Assembly (NCBI GenBank): GCA_045577755.1
Contig: JAZNJA010000057.1
Span: forward strand, 1,052 to 65,051
Direction of reading: 5' to 3'
Length of the DNA stretch: 64,000 nucleotides
From: Eubacteriales bacterium
GTDB taxonomy: Bacteria; Bacillota; Clostridia; Oscillospirales; CAG-272
The translations under genes and the position numbers were made by a program. The notes under the pieces are model-generated. The model was not told the DNA's origin. It saw only the letters and a program-made list of their open reading frames with translations, and made no database searches. The stretch's first letter is position 1, and each line of letters begins with the position of its first letter. Positions 19,465 to 28,120 of the stretch are shown here, piece after piece.

Positions 19465-19493
19465 TTGACGAAAAACCAAAAGAATGGTACAAT
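19465..19493 (+). promoter_or_regulatory. candidate promoter TTGACG-17-(TGg)TACAAT for mnmG
   Basis: TTGACG at 19465-19470, and an extended -10 TGgTACAAT ending at 19493. Confidence 0.5.
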
Positions 19494-19546
19494 ATCATGG
19501 GTTATTCGGATATAACTGGTAATTAATGGTAATTTAAGGAATTTAT

Positions 19547-21442
19547 ATGAGCGAAAAAAACATCACAAGGACCTCGGTAGCGGTGATCGGCGCGGGGCAC
19601 GCGGGCTGTGAGGCGGCGCTGGCCGCGGCGCGCATGGGTGTGGACACGGTGCTCTTTACCCTGTCTCTGGACCAGATCGCCAATATGCCTTGCAATCCCT
19701 CCATAGGAGGCACGGCCAAGGGGCACCTGGTCTATGAGATCGACGCCCTGGGCGGTGAAATGGGCAAATGCGCCGACGCGGTGACTCTTCAGAGCCGCAC
19801 CCTCAATCTGGGTAAGGGTGCCGCCGTCCACTCCAAGCGGGTGCAGGCGGATCGGGTGGCCTACCACGTCCGCATGAAGCATACACTGGAGCAGACCGCA
19901 AACCTCCGCGTGGTGCAGGCCGAGATCACGGATATTATTGAAAAAATCGACCAAAATACCGGCAAAAGCAAGGGCGTTTCCGCTGTCATCACCCGCCTCG
20001 GCGAGCGTTGGGACTGCGACGCCGTCATCATTGCCACGGGTACCTACCCCGAGGCAAAAATTTTTGTCGGAGATAAGAATTTTGAGTCGGGACCGGACGG
20101 TTCCCTGCCCTCGAAGGGGTTGTCTGCTTCGCTGTCGGCTATGGGCATTCGTCTCATGCGCTTCAAGACGGGCACCCCCGCAAGAGTCAAGCGGGAGACC
20201 ATAGATCTGTCTGTGCTGGAGGTCCAGCCCGGGGAGGAGGGTGCCATTCCCTTCTCTACACAAACTGACAAAAACACCTACCTGCAGGGTGAGCAGATCC
20301 CCTGCCACATCGTCTACACCAACGCCGAGACCCATCGCGTCATCCATGAGAACATCCACAGAAGTGCCATGTATTCGGGTCAAATCACGGGTACCGGCCC
20401 CCGCTACTGTCCCTCCATTGAGGATAAGATCGTCCGCTTTGCCGATAAGGAGAGGCACCAGCTCTTCGTGGAGCCTATGGGCGAGGATACCGAGGAGATG
20501 TACGTTCAGGGCTTCTCCACCTCCCTCCCCACCGACGTACAATGGCAGATGATCCGATCCCTCAAGGGTTTTGAAAACGCCGAGATCATGCGGTACGCCT
20601 ACGCCATTGAGTACGATTGCGCTGATCCCACCCAGCTGAACGCCACGCTGGAGTTCAAGGATCATTCCAACCTGTACGGTGCAGGCCAGTTCAACGGCAC
20701 CTCGGGCTATGAGGAGGCCGCCGCCCAGGGTCTGGTGGCGGGCATCAACGCCGCCCTGACGGCTCTCGGTAAGGATAAGATCACCCTACCGCGCTCCGGT
20801 AGCTACATCGGCACTCTGATCGACGATCTCGTCACCAAGGGCACGAATGAGCCTTACCGCATGATGACATCACGGTCGGAATTCCGCCTGATCCTGCGCC
20901 AGGACAACGCGGATCTTCGTCTGACCCCCATTGGTCATGCCTGCGGACTTGTCTCCGAGGAGCGTTATCAGGCCTTTTTAAGAAAAAAAGAAGCAGAAGA
21001 AGCCGAAAAAGCCCGTCTGGAGGCTACTCATCTTGGTCCCGACACCGTGAATCCCATACTGGACCGTCTGGAGCTCGAGCCCGCAAAATCCGGTGTTTCT
21101 TTGTGTGATCTTTTGAGACGTCCCCAGATCACCTATGACGATCTTACCCCCCTGGATCCCCGCCGTCCTTATTTGTCTCCGGAGATCATAAAAACCGTAG
21201 AGACCGATGTCAAGTACGCAGGCTATATCAAGCGCGAGCTGGCCGAGGTGGAACGGCAAAGAAAGCTGGAGGGAAAGTATATTCCCGCAGATATGGATTA
21301 CAGCAGGATCAAGGGTCTTCGCTTGGAGGCAACCCAAAAGCTGACAAAATATCGCCCCGCCACGGTGGGACAGGCCTCCCGCATATCCGGTGTCAGTCCC
21401 GCGGATATTTCTGTCCTACTCCTATATTTGGGCATTAAATAA
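19547..21442 (+). CDS. mnmG: tRNA uridine 5-carboxymethylaminomethyl modification enzyme MnmG (GidA)
   Basis: FAD-binding VIGAGHAGCEAALAAARMG, GPRYCPSIEDK, 631 aa, followed by rsmG. Confidence 0.96.
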   Translation: MSEKNITRTSVAVIGAGHAGCEAALAAARMGVDTVLFTLSLDQIANMPCNPSIGGTAKGHLVYEIDALGGEMGKCADAVTLQSRTLNLGKGAAVHSKRVQADRVAYHVRMKHTLEQTANLRVVQAEITDIIEKIDQNTGKSKGVSAVITRLGERWDCDAVIIATGTYPEAKIFVGDKNFESGPDGSLPSKGLSASLSAMGIRLMRFKTGTPARVKRETIDLSVLEVQPGEEGAIPFSTQTDKNTYLQGEQIPCHIVYTNAETHRVIHENIHRSAMYSGQITGTGPRYCPSIEDKIVRFADKERHQLFVEPMGEDTEEMYVQGFSTSLPTDVQWQMIRSLKGFENAEIMRYAYAIEYDCADPTQLNATLEFKDHSNLYGAGQFNGTSGYEEAAAQGLVAGINAALTALGKDKITLPRSGSYIGTLIDDLVTKGTNEPYRMMTSRSEFRLILRQDNADLRLTPIGHACGLVSEERYQAFLRKKEAEEAEKARLEATHLGPDTVNPILDRLELEPAKSGVSLCDLLRRPQITYDDLTPLDPRRPYLSPEIIKTVETDVKYAGYIKRELAEVERQRKLEGKYIPADMDYSRIKGLRLEATQKLTKYRPATVGQASRISGVSPADISVLLLYLGIK

Positions 21443-21457
21443 GAGGATAAGTTGTTT

Positions 21458-22180
21458 ATGAGTCAATTCAAAGACCTATTTACGGATATTTTTCAAAAGA
21501 ATAGTCTGAATGAGTTCATTTCCGACGAAATCATCGGGAAATTTCAAGAGCTGACTGATATTATGATCGCAACCAATGCCGTCATGAATATCACTGCCCT
21601 GACAACGGTTGAGAAGATCATTCCCCTTCATTACGCGGATTGTGCCAAGATCGCCTCACTCATTCCCTATGGCGCGCGGGTAGCAGATATCGGTTGCGGC
21701 GGCGGATTTCCGATCCTGCCTTTAGCGATTTTGCGTCCCGATCTTCAACTCGTGGGTATTGACAGTACCGATAAGAAGATCAAGTACGTTCAGAAGACCG
21801 CCGATCACCTTGCCCTTGCCGTGCGGGCAATCAGCGGCCGCGCCGAGGACCTGGCTAAAAGCGCGGAGCATCGGGATGCTTATGACGTAGCGGTCAGTCG
21901 TGCGGTTGCCCGCCTGAATATTCTGGATGAGCTTTGTATGCCCTTTGTCAAGGTTAACGGCAGTTTCATTGCCATGAAGGGGTCCGCCGGTTTTGATGAA
22001 TTGGAGGAAGCGAAAAACGGTATCACAAGATTAGGCGGAAGCGTCACGGCATTGACAAACTACGATCTGTACACCAACGAAGCCAGCGAGCAACGAACCG
22101 TCATTCAGATTCAAAAAATATCAGTGACCCCCAAGGAGTTTCCTCGTGGGTTTGGTGTTATGAAAAAAAGACCCCTTTGA
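21458..22180 (+). CDS. rsmG: 16S rRNA (guanine527-N7)-methyltransferase RsmG (GidB)
   Basis: The ORF track begins at TTG 21452, and ATG 21458 is more likely. SAM motif DIGCGGGFPILPLAI, with the conserved position after mnmG. Confidence 0.9.
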   Translation: MSQFKDLFTDIFQKNSLNEFISDEIIGKFQELTDIMIATNAVMNITALTTVEKIIPLHYADCAKIASLIPYGARVADIGCGGGFPILPLAILRPDLQLVGIDSTDKKIKYVQKTADHLALAVRAISGRAEDLAKSAEHRDAYDVAVSRAVARLNILDELCMPFVKVNGSFIAMKGSAGFDELEEAKNGITRLGGSVTALTNYDLYTNEASEQRTVIQIQKISVTPKEFPRGFGVMKKRPL

Positions 22181-22194
22181 TTTCTAAATAACTA

Positions 22195-22447
22195 TATTTC
22201 ACGTGAAACATTTTTCACGTGAAATATTTTTGTTTCACGTGAAACATTTTTTCCCTTTATATTTTGTTTCACGTGAAACATTTCTTTCCTTTATATTTTG
22301 TTTCACGTGAAACATTTTATCCCTATATTTTGCTTCGTGTGAGAATGTTCTTCTTCACAATTGTTTCACGTGAAACAATGATAATATCTAAGAATTTTGG
22401 CTTATCATTCCACGTTTATATGCTTCTTTCATGTTTCACGTGAAACA
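22195..22447. promoter_or_regulatory. tandem parS array: 5 perfect TGTTTCACGTGAAACA palindromes plus 2 near-perfect and 1-2 degenerate copies
   Basis: The perfect 16-mers are at 22231-22246, 22265-22280, 22299-22314, 22362-22377 and 22432-22447. Near-perfect copies are TATTTCACGTGAAACA at 22195-22210 and TTTTTCACGTGAAATA at 22211-22226. A degenerate copy TGCTTCGTGTGAGAAT lies at 22331-22346. Three of the perfect copies sit in a 34-bp tandem unit. Confidence 0.9.
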
Positions 22448-22544
22448 AATATAAAATGTTTTCAAACATTTCTGAAAAACCCTTGAAAATTTGATTTCGA
22501 TGTGCTATACTATATACATTCCATTACAAAAAGGAGGAAAACTT

Positions 22545-23312
22545 TTGGGAACCATTATTTCCTTTGCTAATCAAAAGGGCGGCGTGGGTAAGACCACTTC
22601 TGCCGTGAATATAGCCGCGTCCCTTGGTGTCTTGGGTTATAAAACCTTACTTGTGGACCTTGATCCCCAGGGTAATGCCACCAGCGGAGTTGGTGTCGCA
22701 AAAAAAGGCCTAAAAAGAACAACGAAGGACGTGCTTCTTGGCCTTGCTGACGCTCATGAGACCATTATTCAGACTGAGTTTCAGAATTTATCTTTGATTC
22801 CTTCCAACACGTCCCTGGCAGGCACGGAATTTGAGCTTATGCAGGGTGATACTCCCGAACCCTGGGCTTGCATGAAAAATGCATTTTCTGTGATCAAGAA
22901 GGAGTACGACTATATTATTGTGGATTGTCCCCCTTCTCTCGGTATGCTGACCGTCAACTCCTTGACTGCCAGCGACGGCGTTATCGTCCCTATGCAGTGC
23001 GAGTTTTATGCTCTGGAAGGCTTAGCCCAGCTCATGGTCACGATTTCCAAGATCCGAGAGCATTACAACAATAAGCTTTCGATCACGGGTATTCTTCTGA
23101 CCATGTACACCAACCGTCTTCTTCTTACGCAGCAGGTAAAAAACGAGTTGAAGAAGCACTACGCCGGCAAACTGTTTGATACCCACATTTCCCGTGGCGT
23201 CAAGTTGTCCGAGGCTCCCGGCTTTGGTCTGCCTGTGTATTATCACGACAAGAAGAGCAAGGGTGCCGCTGAGTATCTTTCGGTGGCTAATGAGCTCGCT
23301 ATGAGAATCTGA
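22545..23312 (+). CDS. parA: chromosome partitioning ATPase ParA/Soj
   Basis: The ORF track gives 22491..23312. The preferred start is TTG 22545, 7 nt after AGGAGG (MGTIISFANQKGGVGKTT, a deviant Walker A). VDLDPQGNAT and DCPPSLG are present. Confidence 0.93.
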   Translation: MGTIISFANQKGGVGKTTSAVNIAASLGVLGYKTLLVDLDPQGNATSGVGVAKKGLKRTTKDVLLGLADAHETIIQTEFQNLSLIPSNTSLAGTEFELMQGDTPEPWACMKNAFSVIKKEYDYIIVDCPPSLGMLTVNSLTASDGVIVPMQCEFYALEGLAQLMVTISKIREHYNNKLSITGILLTMYTNRLLLTQQVKNELKKHYAGKLFDTHISRGVKLSEAPGFGLPVYYHDKKSKGAAEYLSVANELAMRI

Positions 23313-23330
23313 TAGGAGGTATTTCGGAAA

Positions 23331-24218
23331 ATGGCAAAGAAACAAGGCTTAGGCCGGGATTTTTACGAGCTCTTGGACGATAATATCGCCGAAAATGCCT
23401 CAAACAACGCAAGTTTCATCAAAATCTCCCGTATTTCACCCCGCGCTGATCAGCCCCGCAAAAATTTTGACGAGAATGCTCTGCAGGCTCTGGCTGATTC
23501 GATCCGTGTTCACGGTGTGATACAGCCCATCGCTGTGCGCGAGCTGTTCGATCTCAGCGGTAATTATGAGATCATTGCCGGCGAGCGCAGATGGCGTGCC
23601 GCAAAAATGGCCGGTCTCGACGAGATTCCCGCAATTATACTGACCGGTGATGATCTGAAGATTGCCGAAATGTCCCTCATTGAGAATCTACAGAGACAGG
23701 ATCTGAATCCCATTGAAGAGGCTTTCGCCTATAAGATCCTCATTGAGCGTTTTGATCTCACTCAGGAGGAGGTTGCCAGACAGGTGGGTAAGAGCCGCTC
23801 GGCAATTGCCAATATGCTTCGTCTTCTGGAGCTCCCCGACGAGATCACTTCCCTTGTAGAGGACGGAAAACTCTCCATGGGTCATGCCCGCGCTATTCTC
23901 GGTCTGATCAAGGAAGAGGATATGCTCCCCCTGGCCACCGCCATTATGGAGAAGGATCTCTCGGTCCGTGAGACAGAAAACGCCGTACGCAAGCTGAATA
24001 TACCCCCCTCAGACGTCATTGAAGACGATGAGGACAGTATTCTGATCCAGAGACGGATCTACATGAAGGATCTGGAGGACCGCGCCAGAACCGCCCTCGG
24101 CCGTAAGGTAAAGATCAACGAGACCGGCCGCAAGAAGACGGTGGAGCTCACCTTTGAGGATGACAAGGACCTCGAGAATCTTCTGAAAACTCTTGTCGGA
24201 CAAGACATTTTTGCATAA
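23331..24218 (+). CDS. parB: chromosome partitioning protein ParB/Spo0J
   Basis: ParB box IIAGERRWRAAKMAG and the HTH region EEVARQVGKSRSAIANMLRLL, immediately downstream of parA. Confidence 0.93.
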   Translation: MAKKQGLGRDFYELLDDNIAENASNNASFIKISRISPRADQPRKNFDENALQALADSIRVHGVIQPIAVRELFDLSGNYEIIAGERRWRAAKMAGLDEIPAIILTGDDLKIAEMSLIENLQRQDLNPIEEAFAYKILIERFDLTQEEVARQVGKSRSAIANMLRLLELPDEITSLVEDGKLSMGHARAILGLIKEEDMLPLATAIMEKDLSVRETENAVRKLNIPPSDVIEDDEDSILIQRRIYMKDLEDRARTALGRKVKINETGRKKTVELTFEDDKDLENLLKTLVGQDIFA

Positions 24219-24249
24219 TTATCTACCAATAGGAAAGGAAACACAAGCT

Positions 24250-25530
24250 ATGCTGGATATCAAATATATTCGTGAAAACCCCGAGGAGGTCATTGCCCGC
24301 CTTCTGATCAAGGGCAAGGACGCCCGCGCTGATATTGAGGCCATTCTGGCTCTGGACGGTGAGAGACGCACTCTCATCACCGAGACCGAGGCTATTAAGG
24401 CCGAGCAGAACAAGATGAACAAGCTCATTCCTCAGTACAAGAAGGAGGGCAAGGACGTTGCCCCCATCTTCGCTGAGATGAAGGCTATGTCGAACAAGAC
24501 CAAGGAGATCGATGAGAAGCTGAAGGCTGTTGAGGTCAAGCAGACTGACATCATGCTTGGTCTGCCCAATCTGCCCGATCCTGATCTGCTTCCCGGCGGT
24601 AAGGAGAACAATCAGCCCCTCCGCTACTGGGGCGAGCCCAGACAGTTTGATTTTGAACCTAAGCATCACGTGGATCTCTGCACCGACCTGGGACTGATCG
24701 ACTACGACCGCGGCACCAAGCTGGCCGGCTCCGGATTCTGGATCTACAGAGGCATGGGCGCCCGTCTGGAGTGGGCTCTGCTCAACTACTTTATCGACAC
24801 CCACCTGGCCGATGGCTACGAGCTGATCCTCCCTCCGCACATGCTGGAGTATGAGTGCGGTCTGACCGCAGGCCAGTTCCCCAAGTTTGCCGATGAGGTC
24901 TACAAGATCGAGAACCCCACCGACAACCGTATGCATTACATGCTCCCCACCGCTGAGGCCGCTCTGGCGTCCCTGTACCGCAACGAGATCCTGACCGAGG
25001 CTGATCTGCCCAAGAAGCTTGTCTCCTACACCCCCTGCTTCCGCCGTGAGGCAGGCTCCTACCGCTCCGACGAGCGCGGTATGGTCCGCGGCCATCAGTT
25101 CAATAAGGTGGAGATGTTCCAATTCACCCTGCCTGAGCAGTCCGACGCCGCTTTTGACGAGCTGGTAGCCAAGGCTGAGGCTCTGGTGGCGGGTCTGGGA
25201 TTCCACTTCCGCACCGTCAAGTTGGCCGCTGAGGATTGCTCCGCCTCCATGGCCCGTACCTACGATATCGAGATCCAGATTCCCTCTATGAACGGCTACA
25301 AGGAGGTCTCCTCTGTCTCCAACGCCCGTGACTACCAGGCTCGCCGCGGTATGATGCGGGTTAAGAGAGCCAACGGTAAGACCGAGTATGTCCATACGCT
25401 CAACGGATCGGGTCTGGCTACCAGCCGTATTCTTCCCGCTCTGGTGGAGCAGAATCAGAACGCCGACGGCAGCATCAACGTTCCCGACGCGCTGAAGAAG
25501 TATCTGGGCGTGGACGTGATCCGCAAATAA
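24250..25530 (+). CDS. serS: serine--tRNA ligase
   Basis: The ORF track gives 24193..25530. The preferred start is ATG 24250 (MLDIKYIRENPEEV). There is a coiled-coil N-terminal arm, and class II motifs FRREAGS and LNGSGLATSR. Confidence 0.95.
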   Translation: MLDIKYIRENPEEVIARLLIKGKDARADIEAILALDGERRTLITETEAIKAEQNKMNKLIPQYKKEGKDVAPIFAEMKAMSNKTKEIDEKLKAVEVKQTDIMLGLPNLPDPDLLPGGKENNQPLRYWGEPRQFDFEPKHHVDLCTDLGLIDYDRGTKLAGSGFWIYRGMGARLEWALLNYFIDTHLADGYELILPPHMLEYECGLTAGQFPKFADEVYKIENPTDNRMHYMLPTAEAALASLYRNEILTEADLPKKLVSYTPCFRREAGSYRSDERGMVRGHQFNKVEMFQFTLPEQSDAAFDELVAKAEALVAGLGFHFRTVKLAAEDCSASMARTYDIEIQIPSMNGYKEVSSVSNARDYQARRGMMRVKRANGKTEYVHTLNGSGLATSRILPALVEQNQNADGSINVPDALKKYLGVDVIRK

Positions 25531-25545
25531 TCGGGAGGTACCCCC

Positions 25546-26241
25546 ATGTGGTTGCATAAATTGCAGTTTCTGTTTTTTGAGACATCGGGGGAGCCATCCT
25601 TGCTGGAGGAGCTGTGGGCCTATTTTGAGGGTAAGTATTTTTCGGTGGATACCGGAAGATACGAGCATATCAATATCGGCTCCGGCTCTCTCATCACCCT
25701 TCAGCGGGTGGTTTTGGGTATTTTCATCGGTGTCATCATTGCCGCCGGTATTGCCTGCTATGACAAAAACCGTCTGGGTGCTCTGGTGCGCTCCATTGTG
25801 AAGGAGCAGTGTCTCTGGCCCGACAAGGCTAAGACTCTCTCAGAGTTGGGCTTTGCCCGCAACGGTGGCGTCAAGGCCAGTCTGCGCAGTCCCAATAAGC
25901 TGGGCCGTGTAGTCCACTGTGTGGAAAAAGAGACCTACGACAAACAGGTCGAGGCCGCCAGGCAAGCCTACGTTGCCGAGCACGGCAATGAGGAGGGATT
26001 TTTCATGCCCTCCTATCGCTTCAATTTTGAGACGGACCATTTCTATATCCCTGACGAGGAACATTACCGCGCCGAGATTCGCTTTGACGAAAAGGGATCG
26101 GGCTGGCGTGCCTTCATTCTGGTGGTCATCATCTCGGTGGTGTCGGCCTCTCTGGTCTGCTTCCTGCTTCCCGATATGATCCAGCTTGTGGATAACATGA
26201 TTGGTATTCTCACCGAAAACGACCGATTTATGACCGGTTGA
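25546..26241 (+). CDS. hypothetical membrane protein (2 predicted TM segments)
   Basis: GGGAGG lies 7 nt upstream of the ATG. Hydrophobic segments are VVLGIFIGVIIAAGIACY and AFILVVIISVVSASLVCFLL. I recognised no family. Confidence 0.55.
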   Translation: MWLHKLQFLFFETSGEPSLLEELWAYFEGKYFSVDTGRYEHINIGSGSLITLQRVVLGIFIGVIIAAGIACYDKNRLGALVRSIVKEQCLWPDKAKTLSELGFARNGGVKASLRSPNKLGRVVHCVEKETYDKQVEAARQAYVAEHGNEEGFFMPSYRFNFETDHFYIPDEEHYRAEIRFDEKGSGWRAFILVVIISVVSASLVCFLLPDMIQLVDNMIGILTENDRFMTG

Positions 26242-26289
26242 TCATATTTTCGTTTAGTTTGCTTAACTTACATGGAAGGGAGACGTATC

Positions 26290-26994
26290 ATGAGTCAATC
26301 GATTCCCACCAAGCGTCCCTTAATCGGTCTGGTCTCCTCCAGATCCGGGGACAATAAAACCATTCCGCAGCGCTACATGAACGCCGTCTGGAACGCGGGA
26401 GGTCTACCTGTGGTGATGCCTTATACCACCGATCCCCAAAACCTTGCGGAATATGCCGAGATCTTTGACGGCTTCCTGTTCTCCGGCGGCGTGGACGTGG
26501 ATCCCGCCAAGTACGGAGAAATGGTCGAGACTGACCTGGTGGAGATCGACAACGTCCGCGATGAGTTTGAAGAGGCACTTTTCAAGGCCATCTACCCCAC
26601 CGGCAAGCCCATCCTGGGGATTTGCCGCGGTATTCAGTCCATCAACGTCTGGCTGGGCGGTACCCTGTATCAGGATATAGACGGCCATCGACAGGACGTC
26701 GGGGGAGACGTGCGTACCCATCCCATTGAGATCCGCGAGGGGAGCATGCTCCACCGCATCTGCAAAAAGACCTCGGTCATGGTCAATACCTTCCATCATC
26801 AGGCTGTCAAGGCCCTCGCGCCTGCTTTGACGTCGGATGCCGTTAGCCCCGATGGCTTTATCGAGGCCGCCCACGAGGAGGGCCATCGCTTCCTGTTCGC
26901 CGTTCAGTTCCATCCTGAGTTCTACTGGCAAAAGGAAGACGACGACCATTCCCTCGCCATCTTTCGGGCGTTCCTGGATGCCTGCAAATCCTGA
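26290..26994 (+). CDS. class I glutamine amidotransferase-like peptidase C26 (gamma-glutamyl-GABA hydrolase family)
   Basis: The ORF track gives 26272..26994, and ATG 26290 is preferred. Nucleophile elbow GICRGIQSINV, HHQAV and FAVQFHPE are present. Confidence 0.85.
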   Translation: MSQSIPTKRPLIGLVSSRSGDNKTIPQRYMNAVWNAGGLPVVMPYTTDPQNLAEYAEIFDGFLFSGGVDVDPAKYGEMVETDLVEIDNVRDEFEEALFKAIYPTGKPILGICRGIQSINVWLGGTLYQDIDGHRQDVGGDVRTHPIEIREGSMLHRICKKTSVMVNTFHHQAVKALAPALTSDAVSPDGFIEAAHEEGHRFLFAVQFHPEFYWQKEDDDHSLAIFRAFLDACKS

Positions 26995-27001
26995 CGTAAG
27001 T

Positions 27002-27047
27002 AAAAAAGCCTTACGGAACAAGTACGTTCCGTAAGGCTGATTTTTTT
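27002..27047. terminator. bidirectional intrinsic terminator
   Basis: AAAAAAGCCTTACGGAAC-aagta-CGTTCCGTAAGGCTgaTTTTTTT, between convergent genes. Confidence 0.85.
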
Positions 27048-27051
27048 GATA

Positions 27052-27663
27052 TCAGAGGGCCCGCTTCATGGGACGCAGAGTTCCGGGATCCAACGCCTTA
27101 CAGAGCAGCACAGCGCAGATACCCGTGAGAATCGCGTTGGGGATCATATAACCGGCGTTATAGACCAGGGAGTAGATCCAGGGATTCATGCCCTCAGGGG
27201 CATAGCTGCCCCAGAGAATGCCTCCCGACAGCACTGAGGACAGGTAGCGAAGGATACAGACCGTCACCGCGCCCACACCGTAGCCGGTCAGGCGGAGGAC
27301 CTGCTTCTTCTGTCCGAAGGGCTTCGCGAAGAGAGGAGCGATACCAATGACGGTGAAGGCGATGACGTAATCCAGAAGGACACACAGAACAAACGCCCAC
27401 CAGGTGTTGGCAGGGGGAGGATACCACCCCATGGCGATCTGCAGGACCGAAAAGACCAGTCCGGCGCCCATGCCCCAAACCGCTCCATGACGGTAGGCAT
27501 AGTAGACGATGGGCAGCATGCCGATGGTGATGGAGCCTCCCGCGGGGAAGAGAATGGCGTTGTAGGGCGCCAGGGCACAGACGTAATCCACCACCCAGGC
27601 CAGCGCCAGCATCATGGCTCCCTCAACCAGGGCCAGGAGAAATTTTTTGTGGTTCACTTTCAA
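27052..27663 (-). CDS. thiT: energy-coupling-factor thiamine transporter S component ThiT
   Basis: A multi-TM protein directly downstream of a TPP riboswitch. The ORF-track start (27696) lies inside the riboswitch terminator stem. The preferred start is TTG 27663, 7 nt after GGAGG (27675-27671). Confidence 0.8.
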   Translation of the reverse strand: MKVNHKKFLLALVEGAMMLALAWVVDYVCALAPYNAILFPAGGSITIGMLPIVYYAYRHGAVWGMGAGLVFSVLQIAMGWYPPPANTWWAFVLCVLLDYVIAFTVIGIAPLFAKPFGQKKQVLRLTGYGVGAVTVCILRYLSSVLSGGILWGSYAPEGMNPWIYSLVYNAGYMIPNAILTGICAVLLCKALDPGTLRPMKRAL

Positions 27664-27675
27664 AAAACCACCTCC

Positions 27676-27716
27676 AAAATAAAAATTCGACCGCACGGAA
27701 AATCTCCGCGTGGTCT
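27676..27716 (-). terminator. riboswitch expression-platform terminator
   Basis: The minus-strand RNA reads GACCACGCGGA-gauu-UUCCGUGCGGUC followed by GAAUUUUUAUUUU. Confidence 0.7.
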
Positions 27717-27775
27717 CATGAATGGTGGTTATGAATGGCGATTGCGCACTCTCCGATTCAAGACATTCAAAATAC

Positions 27776-27876
27776 TTCCTACGCCGGTATTATCCGTATC
27801 AGGTTAAGGGTTCGCGCTATCGGCGCATCTCAGCCGACCGTCCGGGTCGTCACCCGGGGCCAGCACCCCTGATTTT
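27776..27876 (-). promoter_or_regulatory. TPP (THI-box) riboswitch aptamer
   Basis: The minus strand reads TCAGGGGTGCTGGCC...GGCTGAGATGCGCC...GCGAACCCTTAACCTGATACGGATAATACCGGCGTAGGAA. This carries the conserved GGGGUGC, CUGAGA, ACCUGAU and AUAAUACC.GCGUAGGAA cores. Confidence 0.92.
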
Positions 27877-27921
27877 TCGTGCCGGAAAGACCTTTCAGAG
27901 GTCCTTCCGTGTCGTACCGTT

Positions 27922-27950
27922 ATTATACTATAAAATTTTCGCCTTGTCAA
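27922..27950 (-). promoter_or_regulatory. consensus promoter TTGACA-17-TATAAT driving the riboswitch-thiT unit
   Basis: On the minus strand, TTGACA is the reverse complement of 27945-27950 and TATAAT is the reverse complement of 27922-27927. The spacer is 17 nt. Confidence 0.7.
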
Positions 27951-28035
27951 GTGCCCTTTGTGCGTCGGAGCATAAATAATGGATAATTTTTTCTTTTTTG
28001 TACGGGTGGTTTTTGTTGATTCTACGAAAAATCGA

Positions 28036-28063
28036 TTGACAAAACCGAAAAATATGGTATAAT
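28036..28063 (+). promoter_or_regulatory. candidate promoter TTGACA-16-(TGg)TATAAT
   Basis: TTGACA at 28036-28041, and an extended -10 TGgTATAAT ending at 28063, upstream of the 28121 gene. Confidence 0.6.
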
Positions 28064-28120
28064 GGTAGTAAACCGCCATGATCGCGTGACGGTATCCAAA
28101 TTCCAAAGGAGACAGACCGA

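Noticed and set aside
22195-22447. Possible CRISPR array (regular repeats with ~18-bp spacers)
   Set aside because: The repeats are 16-bp perfect palindromes identical to the parS consensus. The spacers are conserved rather than unique, and there are no cas genes.
24219-24249. Looked for a T-box leader upstream of serS
   Set aside because: Only 31 nt separate the parB stop from the serS start, with no specifier or T-box sequence. serS is probably co-transcribed with parAB.
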